NCBI RefSeq assembly: GCF_009914755.1 | Contig: NC_060942.1 | From: the human T2T-CHM13v2.0 reference genome, Homo sapiens | Length of the DNA stretch: 64,000 nucleotides | Direction: 5' to 3' (one strand) | Shown: in pieces, positions 44,307-59,626 of the stretch | How positions within the stretch are numbered: the first letter of the stretch is position 1 | Layout of the letters: the number at the start of each line of letters is the position of its first letter | The notes under the pieces: model-generated | What the model saw: only the letters and a program-made list of their open reading frames with translations | Told to the model about the DNA's origin: nothing | Database searches by the model: none | Program-made: the position numbers and the translations under genes

Positions 44307-44473
44307 TTGCCTAGACCTGGAGCAGTGTTCTCTTAAGGTACTGGAGCCTGAAGGAAGCCCCAGCCTGTGTCTGCTGAAGTTAATGGGTGAAAAAGGTTGC
44401 ACAGTCACAGAATTGAGTGATTTCCTGCAGGCTATGGAACACACTGAAGTTCTTCAGCTTCTCAGCCCCCCAG
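44307..44473 (+). CDS. MALT1: MALT1 coding exon 2 (167 nt; death domain)
   Basis: Acceptor TTTCAG|T, donor CAG|GTAGG; reads (S)[55 protein letters not shown] in frame with exon 1. Confidence 0.97.
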
Positions 44474-47059
44474 GTAGGTTTTGTTCTTAGGATTATTCTC
44501 CAGGAGTTCATGGAGCCAAACTTAGAAGAAATTATCTCTTTTGACCAGGTGAACTGTGTTAAGTATTTTTGGAAAATGTAAATGTGTAGTGCCTTGTTTG
44601 CTTTCCCAGGTTGAAGCAAATGCAATGCATGAATATTGGTTGGATTGTGGTTGAAGAAACCAGCTACATGAGACATTTTTGAGATAGTTGGAAAAATTTG
44701 AATGTAACTACATATTTGATATATTAAGTAATTATCATATGATAATGATACTATAGGAGAATGTCCTTTTTTTAAAAGGAGATGCATTTTAAAGTATTTA
44801 GGGAGAAGATTCCTATGACATACATTGGAATAGTGCAGCCAAAAAAATGAACATATATTTATTCCTATGTATTTATATAGATGAAGTAAAGCAAGTATGA
44901 CAAATGTTTAAGTTTTTTTTTGCCGCAGTGAGGCTTTTGAATGTTGATTAACTCAACCTTGTACTCTTATGAGTTTTTCCTGAATTACCGATATTGGATG
45001 AGGCTTTGTACTTCCCACATCAGGCGAGGCTTAGGAAACAGTCCCTCTTCTCCATTCAGCTGCTCTCCTCTCAGCTGCAGATAGAGTTGGTCTACAGCAG
45101 TGGTGGAGGGCAGGAGGGACATGCCATTGAAGTTGCCTGGTTGTGGCAGCACTGCAGACCTCCTTCTTTACCTGGGGATCCAGTGGGCCATTATTTGTCC
45201 CACAGGAAGCAAAGAGGCTGGTTGAGCTTGGAAAGGCAGGTTGAGCTTGGAAAGACAAAGGACCTGATGCACTCTATTTTACGTGGTTTTGATGTATACC
45301 ATTTCAATATATAACCAGCTTGGTTATGATATATTTTTAAGTTAACATGAGGAACTTAAAACCATAAATGAGATGTTATTTTTTATTGTTAGTTGTGGGA
45401 TAGGGAATTAGGAACACATGTTATAGTGGTATGCTGTCAGTTACATGTACCAGAAACCCCAACCCAAATAGGCATAATAAAGAGAATACATTTCTCCTTC
45501 TAATTGAAAAGCTTAGAGCAGGTTTGGCTTCAAGAGAATCAAGGAACAATCCTGTTCTCAACGCATTGGTTGGTTTTTGTCTTTGCTCTTCCTTTCTTGG
45601 CATTGGCTTCCTTCCATGACTGACTCTCCACATAGCGCAAGACGTCTGCTGGCTTTTTCTGGGCTCCTTCATTCTTGCCCCAGCAAAACCCAGAGGGTTC
45701 ATCTAGTTAACTAGCTTCGGTCAAATGCCTAGCTCTTAACCTGTCACTGTGCCAAGGAGATGGAATGTGCTGACTCGCCTGGCTTGAAGCCAGGAGTGGA
45801 GTTGGGTTGAGTCTGCTTTCCTGGAACCACATGGATCACCAAACAAAATTGAAACTATTAGAAGGAAAAAGGAAGTAGCAGATACTGGGGAGGTAACCAA
45901 AAAGTTTACTACAAATGGAAAGGGCCCTGGATTATAAATAAGGAGACTTGGACTCCCAATCATCCCCTGCTTTACAAGGCCCTCTGTAGATGGTAAAATA
46001 GGCCTCTGATAAATGCCCTATGAATTTGATACACACTGTATTGGATGCTTGCTTTCTATTTCCCAGCGCCTCTTCCTACCAACAGGGCTGGGGTGGGAAT
46101 AACTAGCTGCTAATGCCACCCTCCCAAATGCAACTGTTGTTTGGCACCAAACAGTAAACTTTCTTTTTTAAACCTGGCCCATTACTGATAGAAACAGTAG
46201 AGTTCCTAAAGTGGTATTTATTAATTTTTATATTGCTGGTGCTTGAAGTAGCACCCAAGAGTTGTGACATTTGAAATCTACTAGTCTAGGTTTCATACTG
46301 TTAAAGTCCAAGTTCTCATACCTAGTAAAGTCTCATACCTAGTAAAGTCTACTTTTGCTTACTTTACTAAGTTCTCATACTTTATTGAATACCAGGGCCT
46401 CTGAAAGCTTAGGAAACCTTTCTGGGAAGTAAATATGACATGTATTTCATTCTCTTTTTCAATAATTATGCTTAATTACTCTAACCGTTATTTGCCAAGT
46501 CTATAATATGAACATAAGTATTCTCTACCTCACAGAGTTATAGGAGCTGCATGAGATAATGTTGTGTTGAATTTCATCTATACAATGACAGGGGCCTCAT
46601 ATCTCTTTTGATTTGTGTTGTGATCACTGGCCTGAGAGCTAGGGTTTCGGAATTTTTAAGTTTCCCATATGTGAAACCGGGCTTGACTGAAATTGAGTCA
46701 TATATTTACTTAGGTGTAACAATTTGCCTGAATTTTAAAAATAACACAATATTTTATATTTTTATTTTTGACAGGCCAGCAACTAATAAAGTGCCACCCT
46801 AATAAACATTAGTAATCTTCCTTTGAAAAATCCATTTTTGCTCTTTGTGTTTTTCTCCAAATAGGATTAGCACTTTTCTATCAGTGTTCCCCAGTGAAGA
46901 TTATCCTGATGATATTTGGCTTACAGACTTTCTCAAGATTATCTCATAGGGCTTTTTTGCATTTGAGGAGAGAATAGGAAAGGAAAGCAGTTTATTTTTT
47001 TCTTTTTGTTTTTAATTTTCTCTTCAGTACATTTGTGAGCTGTAGGGAAATATTATTTG

Positions 47060-47365
47060 TTTTATTTTGTTTTTTAAATTTTTTGTGATAAAGGGTCTTG
47101 CTCTGTCTCCCAGGCTGGAATGCAGTGATATGATCTCGGCTCACTGCAACTTCTGCCTCCGGAGCCTCAAGCAATCCTCCCGCCTCAGCCTCCCGAGTAG
47201 CTGGGACTACAAGCACGCACCACCATACCCAGCTAATTTTTGTATTTTTGGTAGATACGGGGTTTTGCCATGTTGCCCAGGCTGGTCTTGAACTCCTGGG
47301 CTCTAAGCAGTCCACCTGCCCTGGCCTCCCAAAGTGCTGGGATTACAGGCGGGAGCCACCGCCCT
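47060..47365 (-). mobile_element. Alu (AluJ-like)
   Basis: Antisense Alu body. Confidence 0.87.
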
Positions 47366-47575
47366 GTTTCTGTGTTACCACTTGTGCACTGTTTCTGTGA
47401 AGTTTTATGTCATGTTAGCCGTATAATATCCTTAGGAATTGGTTGTTGCTTGAATGTTAGTTATTGATTTAACAGCAAACATTTTGAGATCTAATAAAGC
47501 TCAGTAATTTTAGGAAGAAGTAATTAATTTGTTAGCTTACTATCTGCATCTAATATGCATAATCTAAGATTTACT

Positions 47576-47878
<303 letters not shown>

Positions 47879-49154
47879 AACTTACTCTATTTATAGATAG
47901 TAGAATAAAGAAATATAAGAATTACAGAGAAGAATTTTAATATTTTAATAAAGATATTGAGAATAAAAACTATTTTAATTATATTAAGAAGATAAGCTCT
48001 GATAGAATCAACTTAATTGGTGGTTTGCCTCGTGTATTCAATAAAGTTTACTGTATTGCAATGCCCTTGCTGTGCTAGGCATTATGCTAGGTACTGTGAG
48101 TTTAGAGATGAATAAAACAATCGTTTCCACCTGCTGATAGGTCATAGTTTAGTAGGGGAGACAAACATATAAAAGATCATATCCAAGACAGTTGTAAAAA
48201 ATATATATATATAGTAAGTTTATCTGATCTCCAGTTTTCTCTCTTTGCTATATTCTTGAGTCTTAGTGAAAATACAAAATAGAAATATTCTAATGTTTTC
48301 TCTCTTTTTTGCATTGGTACTATTTCATAGGAGGACATTACTTCTTATTCCACAGGAAGTCTGATGATTTTCCTCTGTCCTTACAGAGAGAAGCCTGGTT
48401 TGGGTTATGCTGTGAACTGGCCTTTGAGGTCTAAATGCAGGGAGATGGGGAAACTTTAGATTTATTTTGATTAAACGAGAAACTATAGTCTTACGTTGCC
48501 ATATTCTGTTCCAAGTGACGGTGGAACAACAGTCAGAGGTAGCTCTGAAAGGTAACTGTAACTGTCATGTGGAGTTTCTCTGTCTTTTGAGAAACTGACC
48601 AAGTTTCTTTTCTGGATTTGTTTTGGTGCCCAGAAATAGCTAGAGCAGTATCCATGCATCTCTAACTAGAGCAGTTTCTGTGATGAGGACCCAGCTTCAG
48701 CAGTCACTCAGCATGTAGTCTGAGTGTAAACTCACTCTGGAATTATAATTTTATATATTTTGTGAAGGAGCCTCAGAGGATCGAGGTTTTTACTCTCTGT
48801 TGCTTTCTTTCTTGTCGAGCATTTCCACTGCACATGGGTTGGCCAACTTGCCCCTCAGTGTGGTCTTACTTGAATTATATGATAGAGAAATCGCTTCTAG
48901 TTTTTATTTGTGGATGGTGTTCATCCCATTTTCCAGCGCTAGTAAATTGTTTCCCTACTTTTATTCCTTTGCTCATCTCAGTGGGAATTGTAGAAGGGGG
49001 TTAAATGGATGTGTTGAAAGGGTTTTGAACCAAAGGTCTGTAATGATTTTTTTTTTTAGATCTTATTTAAGTTTCAAAGACTGATTCCAAAGCAACCAAT
49101 ATTGACATCTGTATAGATAGACTTAGATGTGTAGTTCAAGGTGCTTTTGTTTCT

Positions 49155-49459
49155 TTTGTTGTTGTTGTTGTTTGTTTGCTTTTTGAGTCTCACTCTGTCA
49201 CCCAGGCTGGAGTGCAGTGGCGCGATCTTGGCTCACTGCAACCTCATCTCCCAGGTTCAAGCGATTCTTCTGCCTCAGTCTCCTGAGTAGCTGGGATTAC
49301 AGGCACGCGCCACCACACCCAGCTAATTTTTATATTTTTAGTAGCGACAAGGTTTCACCATGTTGGCCAGGCTGGTCTGAAACTCCTGACCTCAGGTAAT
49401 CCGTCCGCCTCGGCCTCCCAAAGTACTGGGATTGCAGGCATGAGCCACCACACACAGCC
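49155..49459 (-). mobile_element. Alu (AluS-like)
   Basis: Antisense Alu with (TTG)n tail. Confidence 0.88.
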
Positions 49460-51430
49460 TATTTGTTTCTTTTGTTTTAAGTGAAAACATTGTGAGTGTA
49501 GAATTATAGGCTTCATCAGTCCTAGTTACATACATCACGAAATGGTTGCCTGGAGAAGTGATGCCCTTAACCTGGAATGGGCAGAGCAGAGGCTGAACGA
49601 TGGGAGCTGTTTAGAGAGAACTAGCATTGTTGATGTGGATCTCATTAAGATGAATCCCAAGTTGCTTTTCAGCTCCAGTGCTGCAATATTGCCATTTTAT
49701 TTCACTCTTCATATGAAAGGTGCCTCACTGAGGGTACCTATGAGATGTCTGTGGCAGGGTCATGTGCCATCTTTTCAGTGGCACCTTTTCCATTTGCCTC
49801 TACTCCTTTTTTATTTCATACCTTTTTTTCTCAGATCCGTTGTAACATACGCATTGTTATGTTTTGGCTATTTTTATTACTTTATCTCTAAAATAAGTGC
49901 AAAGGTTGTTTAATGTTATTCTTTAGTTTCTAAAATACCTTTACTTCACATTTTATCTTCACAATTCTGTGAAGCGACAGAACAGTGCTATTGTGAACAT
50001 TTAAATTTTAACCAACAAACATTTACATGGAAAATGAGATTTCCAAAAGTGATCATTTGGCCAAAGTCACAATTATTGACAAAGGTAGGATTAAAAACCA
50101 GGTCTGCTGACCCTGACCTGAACTCAATACCATTTCCATAATGCTAGGAAATTTCTGAATTAAGAAACTTAGTTCTGTATTATTACCTCAGTTGCCTCTT
50201 TGACCCATGGACTTCAATTTTTTTCTTCTTGCCAACTTAAAAAGTGCTCAAAGACTGGATCTTATTTGTAAGGGACTTTTCTTATTTCATGAATATGAGG
50301 AAATTGGCAATTATTCCTAAAAGAAAAATATCAAGAAGTGAAAAGAGAAAAAGATGGTATGGATGTGCATGAGGATAAGGAATAAGTAGAGGGAGAGAAA
50401 GGGCTGGTGAGCAAGGCCTGAAGGAATGTCTTTCTGGATGTGGAGTGTGGAGGGGAGTCTCAGGCAATGTAACAGAATAAGGGATGTGATGTGGGAAACT
50501 AGATTTAGCTATAATCTATACAGATTTCAATTGACATGTAAGAGAAACATATGTGGACATACTTTGTGTAATGCCGTAGGAGGGACACACATGGACCTAC
50601 TTTGGTTATATACTGGGGGAAATTGTTAGAGGAAGAGGAATGATATTTATTTGGGCACACTGTAGGGCATGTGGGTACTCTTCTGTGATAGCATAGAAGA
50701 TTGCAGAGTAACTTTGAGGACAAGTTTTAGATGGAAGTTGATAAAAATCTTTTTTTGTTTCATGGCCTCTGAAAGTAGATGGACTTCAGTGTATGGAATA
50801 GATCTGTTTTTGGAAAAAGTATTTATTGATAAACTACATCAACATTTAAATGCGTCGTGAGAGAGAATAACTTCAAGGGAAGCTATGTGTCCTTTTGTCA
50901 AAAATTATCCTAATTTATCTTTCTTATAATTTCAGCAGGGTTTTAAATTTTTGTTTTATTGCTTAATAGCATGTACTTGTTTATCGGCATATGTGTGTGT
51001 AGTTGAAAGCACGATCCTTGGTTCCATCGTACCTAGTCACATTCTCCCAGGCTTACAGGAAATCAAGTAACTTCTCTGACTTCTTTGTAGATGTTATCTG
51101 AAAAATATGCTTGTTTACCAGGAAGCTGTGTGTTCACCGTTTAAAATAGAACTTTCATTTGTATGCCTTCGTACAGCCTACGTAGCACTATACCATATTC
51201 TTTTTTTACCTTTGTTCAGCACCTTCTCACTAGTGGGTGCTGCATTGGGGTGGCTAAGGGTTGACCATGGGTCCCTGTCGCACAAGGCTTTGTGGGAGGA
51301 AGGAAATTTGTGTGGTTAAAACATGGGAGGTATTGCAACTCATTTTCTTGACTATTCACCAGGGGTGGTTTCCAAATCACATTTTGCCTTTCAATTCTCA
51401 GTCTTTGAAGCAATAAATTGTATATATATG

Positions 51431-51432
<2 letters not shown>

Positions 51433-51470
<38 letters not shown>
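51433..51470. repeat. (AC)19 microsatellite
   Basis: Perfect dinucleotide run. Confidence 0.97.
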
Positions 51471-51473
<3 letters not shown>

Positions 51474-51532
51474 TATTAATAAAGTTGTTGGTGCAGGACA
51501 GGCTTATAAACTGTTAATTTAGATGTACATTA

Positions 51533-51710
<178 letters not shown>

Positions 51711-52012
51711 TAATTTTAAAAATCACTTAGTCTTGTGTCCCATACAAAGGAAGGATAACTTTTAGAACCTGGCCATATGGTCCCTTTCCAGTAGTCACCT
51801 GCTTCTTTGTAAGATACTCTAGAGGAAAAACCCTTTCCATCCTTCTTGTCTCTTATCTCCTTGTATAATGGCAGAGAATATTTGCCATGGTATATTCATG
51901 AGCCGTGTCCTGGTGTGGGATTGCTCTTTGTGTGATACACTTTCTCAGTAAGGTAGGCTCACTGTGGCAGAAAGCGGGATTACCGTGGGAGATATATTGA
52001 GAATCACCAAGA

Positions 52013-52340
<328 letters not shown>

Positions 52341-53408
52341 TTAAAACCTTTAAAAGGCAAGAAAACCTAGGTTTGCATCCTGGTTCTGCCATTTTACAAT
52401 GTAAAAAAAAAAAAAAAAGTCTCAGAGAGTTTAATTTACCCCAGGTAATTTGGGTGACCTTCTGCAAATTACGTACCTTTTTTTCATTGTAACATAGATG
52501 TAATTAGTATCTACCTTGTGTGGTTATTTCAAAGGTTAGTGATAAAAATGCCTGGTGCATGTAAAGCAGTCAGTAACTTGCTGCTGTAGTAATTTCTGTT
52601 ATTATTATATATATTCAACAAACACGTGTTGAACACCCACTAACACCCACTGCAGTGCCATATGTGGGCACAATTCTAGGTGCTGAATGAACTGGTGACT
52701 AAGACCATCAAGGTCCTTGGCCTTGCCCTCATGGAGCTTCTATTTTAATACCTAAGACGGACAGTAAGAAACAGGGATTTTAGAGAGTGAAGGACACTGA
52801 ACTGGGTGAATGTAATAGATAACTGGGGGGTGGGAGGGTACCTAATTTAGAGACATTTCCCAGAGAAGCTGGTGATATTTTAGTAAGAAACCTGGATGAT
52901 GAGGAAAGAGCCTGCCATGAAACAGTAGAATAGTGGAAGCCAGTGGGGTGGCGGTTGCGGGGGATGGCAAAGCGGAGCTTGTGGGGAGAACCCAGCAGAG
53001 GACTGGTAAGTGGAAAGGCAGAAAAGAGCTTGGCTTATAGAAGGAAGGAGGCCCAGTATGGCTGGAGCTTGGTGAGCCTGGAGAAGAGCGGAGGGGCCAA
53101 AGGAGCAGTTCGTGGAGGACTTTGTAGCCATGGTAAGGAATCTGGATTTTTTATTCTAAGTACAGGCACACTTTGTTTTATTATGCTTCACTTTATTGCA
53201 CTTTGCAGATACTTCACTTTCTGCAAGTTGAAAGCTTGCGGCACCCATGTGTCTAGCAAGTCTGTCAGTGCCATTTTTCCAATAGCATGTGCCTACTTCA
53301 TATCTCTGTGTCACACCTTGGTAACTCTTACAATATTTCGAACTTTTTCATTATATCTGTCGTGGTGATCTGTGATCGGTGATCTTTGGTGTTACTACTG
53401 TGATTGTT

Positions 53409-55447
<2,039 letters not shown>

Positions 55448-55549
55448 ACTATTATAATTGTTTTGGGGTGCCACAAATTATGCCACTATAAGAAGTTGAG
55501 CTTAATTGATAAATGTCATGTGTATTCCAACTGCTCCACCGACTGGCCA

Positions 55550-55552
<3 letters not shown>

Positions 55553-55582
<30 letters not shown>
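55553..55582. repeat. (CT)15 microsatellite within a pyrimidine-rich tract
   Basis: Perfect CT run followed by C-rich low-complexity sequence. Confidence 0.92.
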
Positions 55583-55589
<7 letters not shown>

Positions 55590-56265
55590 TCCCTCCCTCC
55601 CTCCCTGTCCCTCTTCCTCTCCCACCTCCCCACTCCCTCTTTGGGCCTCCCTATTCCCTGAGACACAACAATATTGAAATTAAGCTGATTAATAACCCTA
55701 CAATCGTCTCTAAGTGTTCAAGTGAAAGAACAGTGACACACAACAATATTGAAATTAGGCTGATTAATAACCCTACAGTGATCTCTAAGTGTTCAGGTGA
55801 AAGGAAGAGTCACATGTCTCTCACTTTAAATCAAAAGCTAGAATTGATTTTACTTAATGAGGAAGGCATATCAAAAGCTGAGATAGGCTGAAAAGCTAGG
55901 CCTCTTGTGCCAGTTAACCAAGTTGCGAATGCAGAAGAAAAGTTCTTGAAGGTAATTAAAAATGCTACTTCAGTGAACACACGAATGATAAGAAAGCAAA
56001 ACAGCCTTATTGCTGAGATGGAGAAAGTTATAGTAGTCTGGATAGATCAAACCAGCCACAGCATGCCCCTAAGCCAAAGCCTAATCCAGAGTGAGGCCCT
56101 AACTCGCCTCATTTCTGTGAAGACAGAGAGGTGAGGAAGCTGCGGAAGAAAAGTTGGTTCATGAGGTTTAAGGAAATAAGCTGTCTCTGTAACATAAAAG
56201 TGCAAAGTGAAGCAGCAAGTACTAGTGGAGAAGCTGCAGCAAGTCATCCAGAAGATCTAGCTAAT

Positions 56266-56577
56266 GCCAGGCATGGTGGCTCGTAATTGATCATGGTGTC
56301 TATAATCCCACCACTCTGGGAGGCCAGGGCAGGAGGATTGCTTGAGCTTAGGAGTTTGATACCAGCCTGGGCAACATGGTGAAACCCCGTCTTTGCAAAA
56401 AATACAAAAAATTAGCCAGGCACAGTGGCACCTGCCTGTAGTCCCAGCCACTCGGGAGGCTGAGGTGGGAGAATTGCTTACACCTGGAAGGCGGAGGTTG
56501 CAGTGAGCGAGATCATGACACTGCACTCCAGCCTAGGTAACAGAGACAGACCTTGTCTCAAAACAAAAAAGCAATAA
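56266..56577 (+). mobile_element. Alu (AluJ-like) inserted in Tigger1
   Basis: TSD AAGATCTAGCTAA at 56252-56264 and 56578-56590. Confidence 0.9.
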
Positions 56578-57763
56578 AAGATCTAGCTAAGATAATTAAA
56601 GAAAATGGCTATAATAAACAGATTTTTCAGTGTAGATGAAACAGCCTTCTATTGGAAGAAGATGTCATCTAGAACTTTGATAGCTAGAGAGAAGTCAGTG
56701 CCTGGCTGACTCTTGTTAGGGGCCAATGCAGCTGACAACTTTACGTTGAAGCCAGTGCCCATTTACCATTCTGAAAATCCTAGGGCCCTTAAGAATGATG
56801 CTAAGAAACTGCAAAGTTTTTGTCCTGAGTAACCAGATGGATGGTGGTAGGCAGTAAGACTGGTTTACCATCTTTGAGATGGGGAAACTGTGGGGACTGG
56901 CAGAGGAGTAGATTTTGTGTCAGAAGGGATTTGGGACATATAAAATTGGTGGTGGCTATAGGACATTCAAATTTAAAGCCAGGATAGCCAAAACTCCTAT
57001 ATTTTTTAGATTTATTACTTGTTCTCTTTTGTCATTGTTGCAACTTTTTCCTGTCACATCGAAACTTGGGAAATCAGAATCTTTGTATTTTAAAGTTGTG
57101 ATGTAAAACTCTCCTGGCAGATGAATGGTAAATGTGGGGACATTAAAATACAGTGTTATGAATTTGCTGGCTTCAGCAAGAGTGCTTATCCCATTTTCCA
57201 CCTTTCCTACCAACATGTATCACAGATTTCAGAAAAATTCTGAACTTCATCCGTCCTGTACTAACTTGGCCTCGACATAAAGGATTAATGAATATGAATG
57301 TCCTCCCTTGGCAAGAGTTTAAAATTCTGAGAGGCTCTACTATATTTACTAAAGATTTTCTAGGGCTTCTCGAGGCCCTCAAATGTGCTAGGTATACAAT
57401 AAATATTTACTCATTTTTAATTTTGCTTTTATTTAGTATCTTTGTGCTGTGACTTTCATGAACATTATTTTTTTTCCTAGAAAGTTTAGTACCTTTGATG
57501 TATTAAGATTACTGTTATTTACACTGTTTCCTTTTTACTTGTAATCTTGTTTTGTTTCTTTGCATTGGTGGGTGGTAGAAGAAAAAGACACTGTTATGAG
57601 GTCACATTCAGTATAGACAAGGAAAGAAAATAAAAGTAGGTGCAGGAAATTAAGTTTTATAAGTTTTAATTATCTTTTTCTTTACTTCCTAAAAGCCAGC
57701 TAACCCAGTTTTATTAATTACAACTTTTGCAAATGTAAGCTTTTCTAGCTTTGGTTTCTTTTA

Positions 57764-58490
57764 TGTCAGTTATCTATTGCTGCATTAATAAATTACCCCC
57801 AAGTCAGAAGTGAAAAACAACAACTGTTTATTATCTCACACAGTTTCTGAGGCTAGTAGTCCAGAAGTGGCTTAGCTGGGTAGTCCTGGCTGAGGGTCTC
57901 TCGTGAGGCAGCAGTCAGACTGTCAGCCAGGTCTGCAGTCATCTGAAGGTTTCCCCAGGGTTGGAGGATCTTCTCAGATGGCTCTCTCACAGGTGTTGTC
58001 AAGAGACCTCATTTCCTCACTGGCTGTGGCGGGAGATCTGTTTCTTTCTGTAGAGATATGGTTTGGCTGTATTCCCACCCAAATCTTATCTTGAATTCCC
58101 ATGTGTTGTGGGAGGGACCTGGTGGGAGGTAATTGAATCATGGGGGCAGGTCTTTCTCTGCTGTTCTTGTGATAGTGAATAAGTCTCATGAGATCTGATG
58201 GTTTTATAAAGGGGAGGTTCCCTGCCCGCACCTTCTTCTCGTTTGTCTGCCGCCATGTGAGACATGCCTTTCACCTTCCACCATGATTGTGAGTCCTCCC
58301 TAGCCACGTAGAACTGTAAGTCTATTAAACCTCTTTCTTTTGTAAATTGCCCAGTCGTGGGTATGCCTTTATCAGGAGTGTGAAACAGACTAATACTCTT
58401 ACCACTTGAGCCTCTCTGCAGGGCTACCTGAATGGCCTCCTGCCACAGTCATGTGCTTCCCTGGGGCGAGTGAGTGAGAGAGAGGCAAGA
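57764..58490. mobile_element. MLT1-type MaLR LTR interrupted by THE1
   Basis: 'TGTCAGTTATCTATTGCTGC...TTTATTATCTCACACAGTTTCTG...GGCTTAGCTGGGT...GCAGTCATCTGAAGG'. Confidence 0.65.
58054..58396 (+). mobile_element. THE1 (MaLR) solo LTR
   Basis: GATATGGTTTGGCTGTATTCCCACCCAAATC...AAACAGACTAATAC; homologous (inverted) to 16344-16702. Confidence 0.88.
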
Positions 58491-58718
58491 GAAGGAGTTG
58501 GGGGTGTTCCATTATTGACTAGGATTTTCTTCCAAATTCCTGTCAAAAGTCTTCCAAGCTTAGATGTTGGCAGTTATTCCTCAAATGAGGAATGTTTGTG
58601 TCACAGGTATATCAAATATATATCTCACTGCTCTGTTTCTGTGTCTTTCTCTTCCAAAATCATTTTCATTTCAATACTAAATAATAATGCAGTCATTTGA
58701 AGACGTTTTCAATGGTGT

Positions 58719-59030
58719 TGTCTTTGTCCATTGCATGCTTCCATAATACAGTACCACAGACTGGGTAATTTTTAAAGAACAGACATTTATTTCTCACAGT
58801 TTTGGAGCCTGGGAAGTCCATGATCAAAGAACCAGCTTCTGATGAAGGTTTTCTTGCTGTGTCCTCACATGGCAAAAGAGAGAGAACCTACCTGCAAACC
58901 CCGTTATTACAGCGGCATTAATTCATTCGTGAGGGTAGAGCCTCCCGCTAGGCCCTACCTCCCAACATTGTTACATTGGGGATTCAGTTTCCAGCACATG
59001 AATTTGGGGGCACATATTCAGACAATAGCA
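58719..59030. mobile_element. MLT1A/MST-type MaLR LTR
   Basis: 'TACCACAGACTGGGTAATTT..ATTTATTTCTCACAGTTTTGGAG..GGGAAGTCC..CATATTCAGACAATAGCA'. Confidence 0.7.
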
Positions 59031-59504
59031 GACATTGCAACTTAACACGTCTGTTACTAACAGTGCACGTAACTTGACTGAAGTGGCAGCCATATGAGCA
59101 TTTATGACCAAACATTTCCATGAGCTAACACTGAGAACTACCCTGTGGCTGTGCCTGACAGGCATCTGTTATAAGGTGCATCCTGATTTCAGAAGTGTTA
59201 GAATATGGGGGAAAAAAGCTTCTAGAAATTGAAGAAATATGGTAAATAATTTTCTCCCCCACCCAATCATGGGGAAGTACAATAGATCAAAGTCTTCTGC
59301 AAGTAAGTTTCTTTCCTCTGATTTTACAAAAGCTGCAACTCACAAAGTGTAAATTGATTGAGAAGGAGATGTGAATGAGTGATTTATGACAAAGATAAAT
59401 TTGCAAGTTATTTCTAAAATGTTTCAATTTTTGGTTTCAGATGTATAAACAAGGAAAATCCCTCTTGTGACTTTAATTTTTTTTTTTTTTTTTTTTTTTT
59501 TTAG

Positions 59505-59626
59505 GAATAAAGATTACTGTAAACCCAGAGTCAAAGGCAGTCTTGGCTGGACAGTTTGTGAAACTGTGTTGCCGGGCAACTGGACATCCTTTTGTTCAAT
59601 ATCAGTGGTTCAAAATGAATAAAGAG
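59505..59626 (+). CDS. MALT1: MALT1 coding exon 3 (122 nt; Ig1 N-terminal half, includes R149)
   Basis: T26-AG acceptor, donor GAG|GTAAT; (G)IKITVNPESKAVLAGQFVKLCCRATGHPFVQYQWFKMNKE; codon 149 CGG at 59573-59575. Confidence 0.97.
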
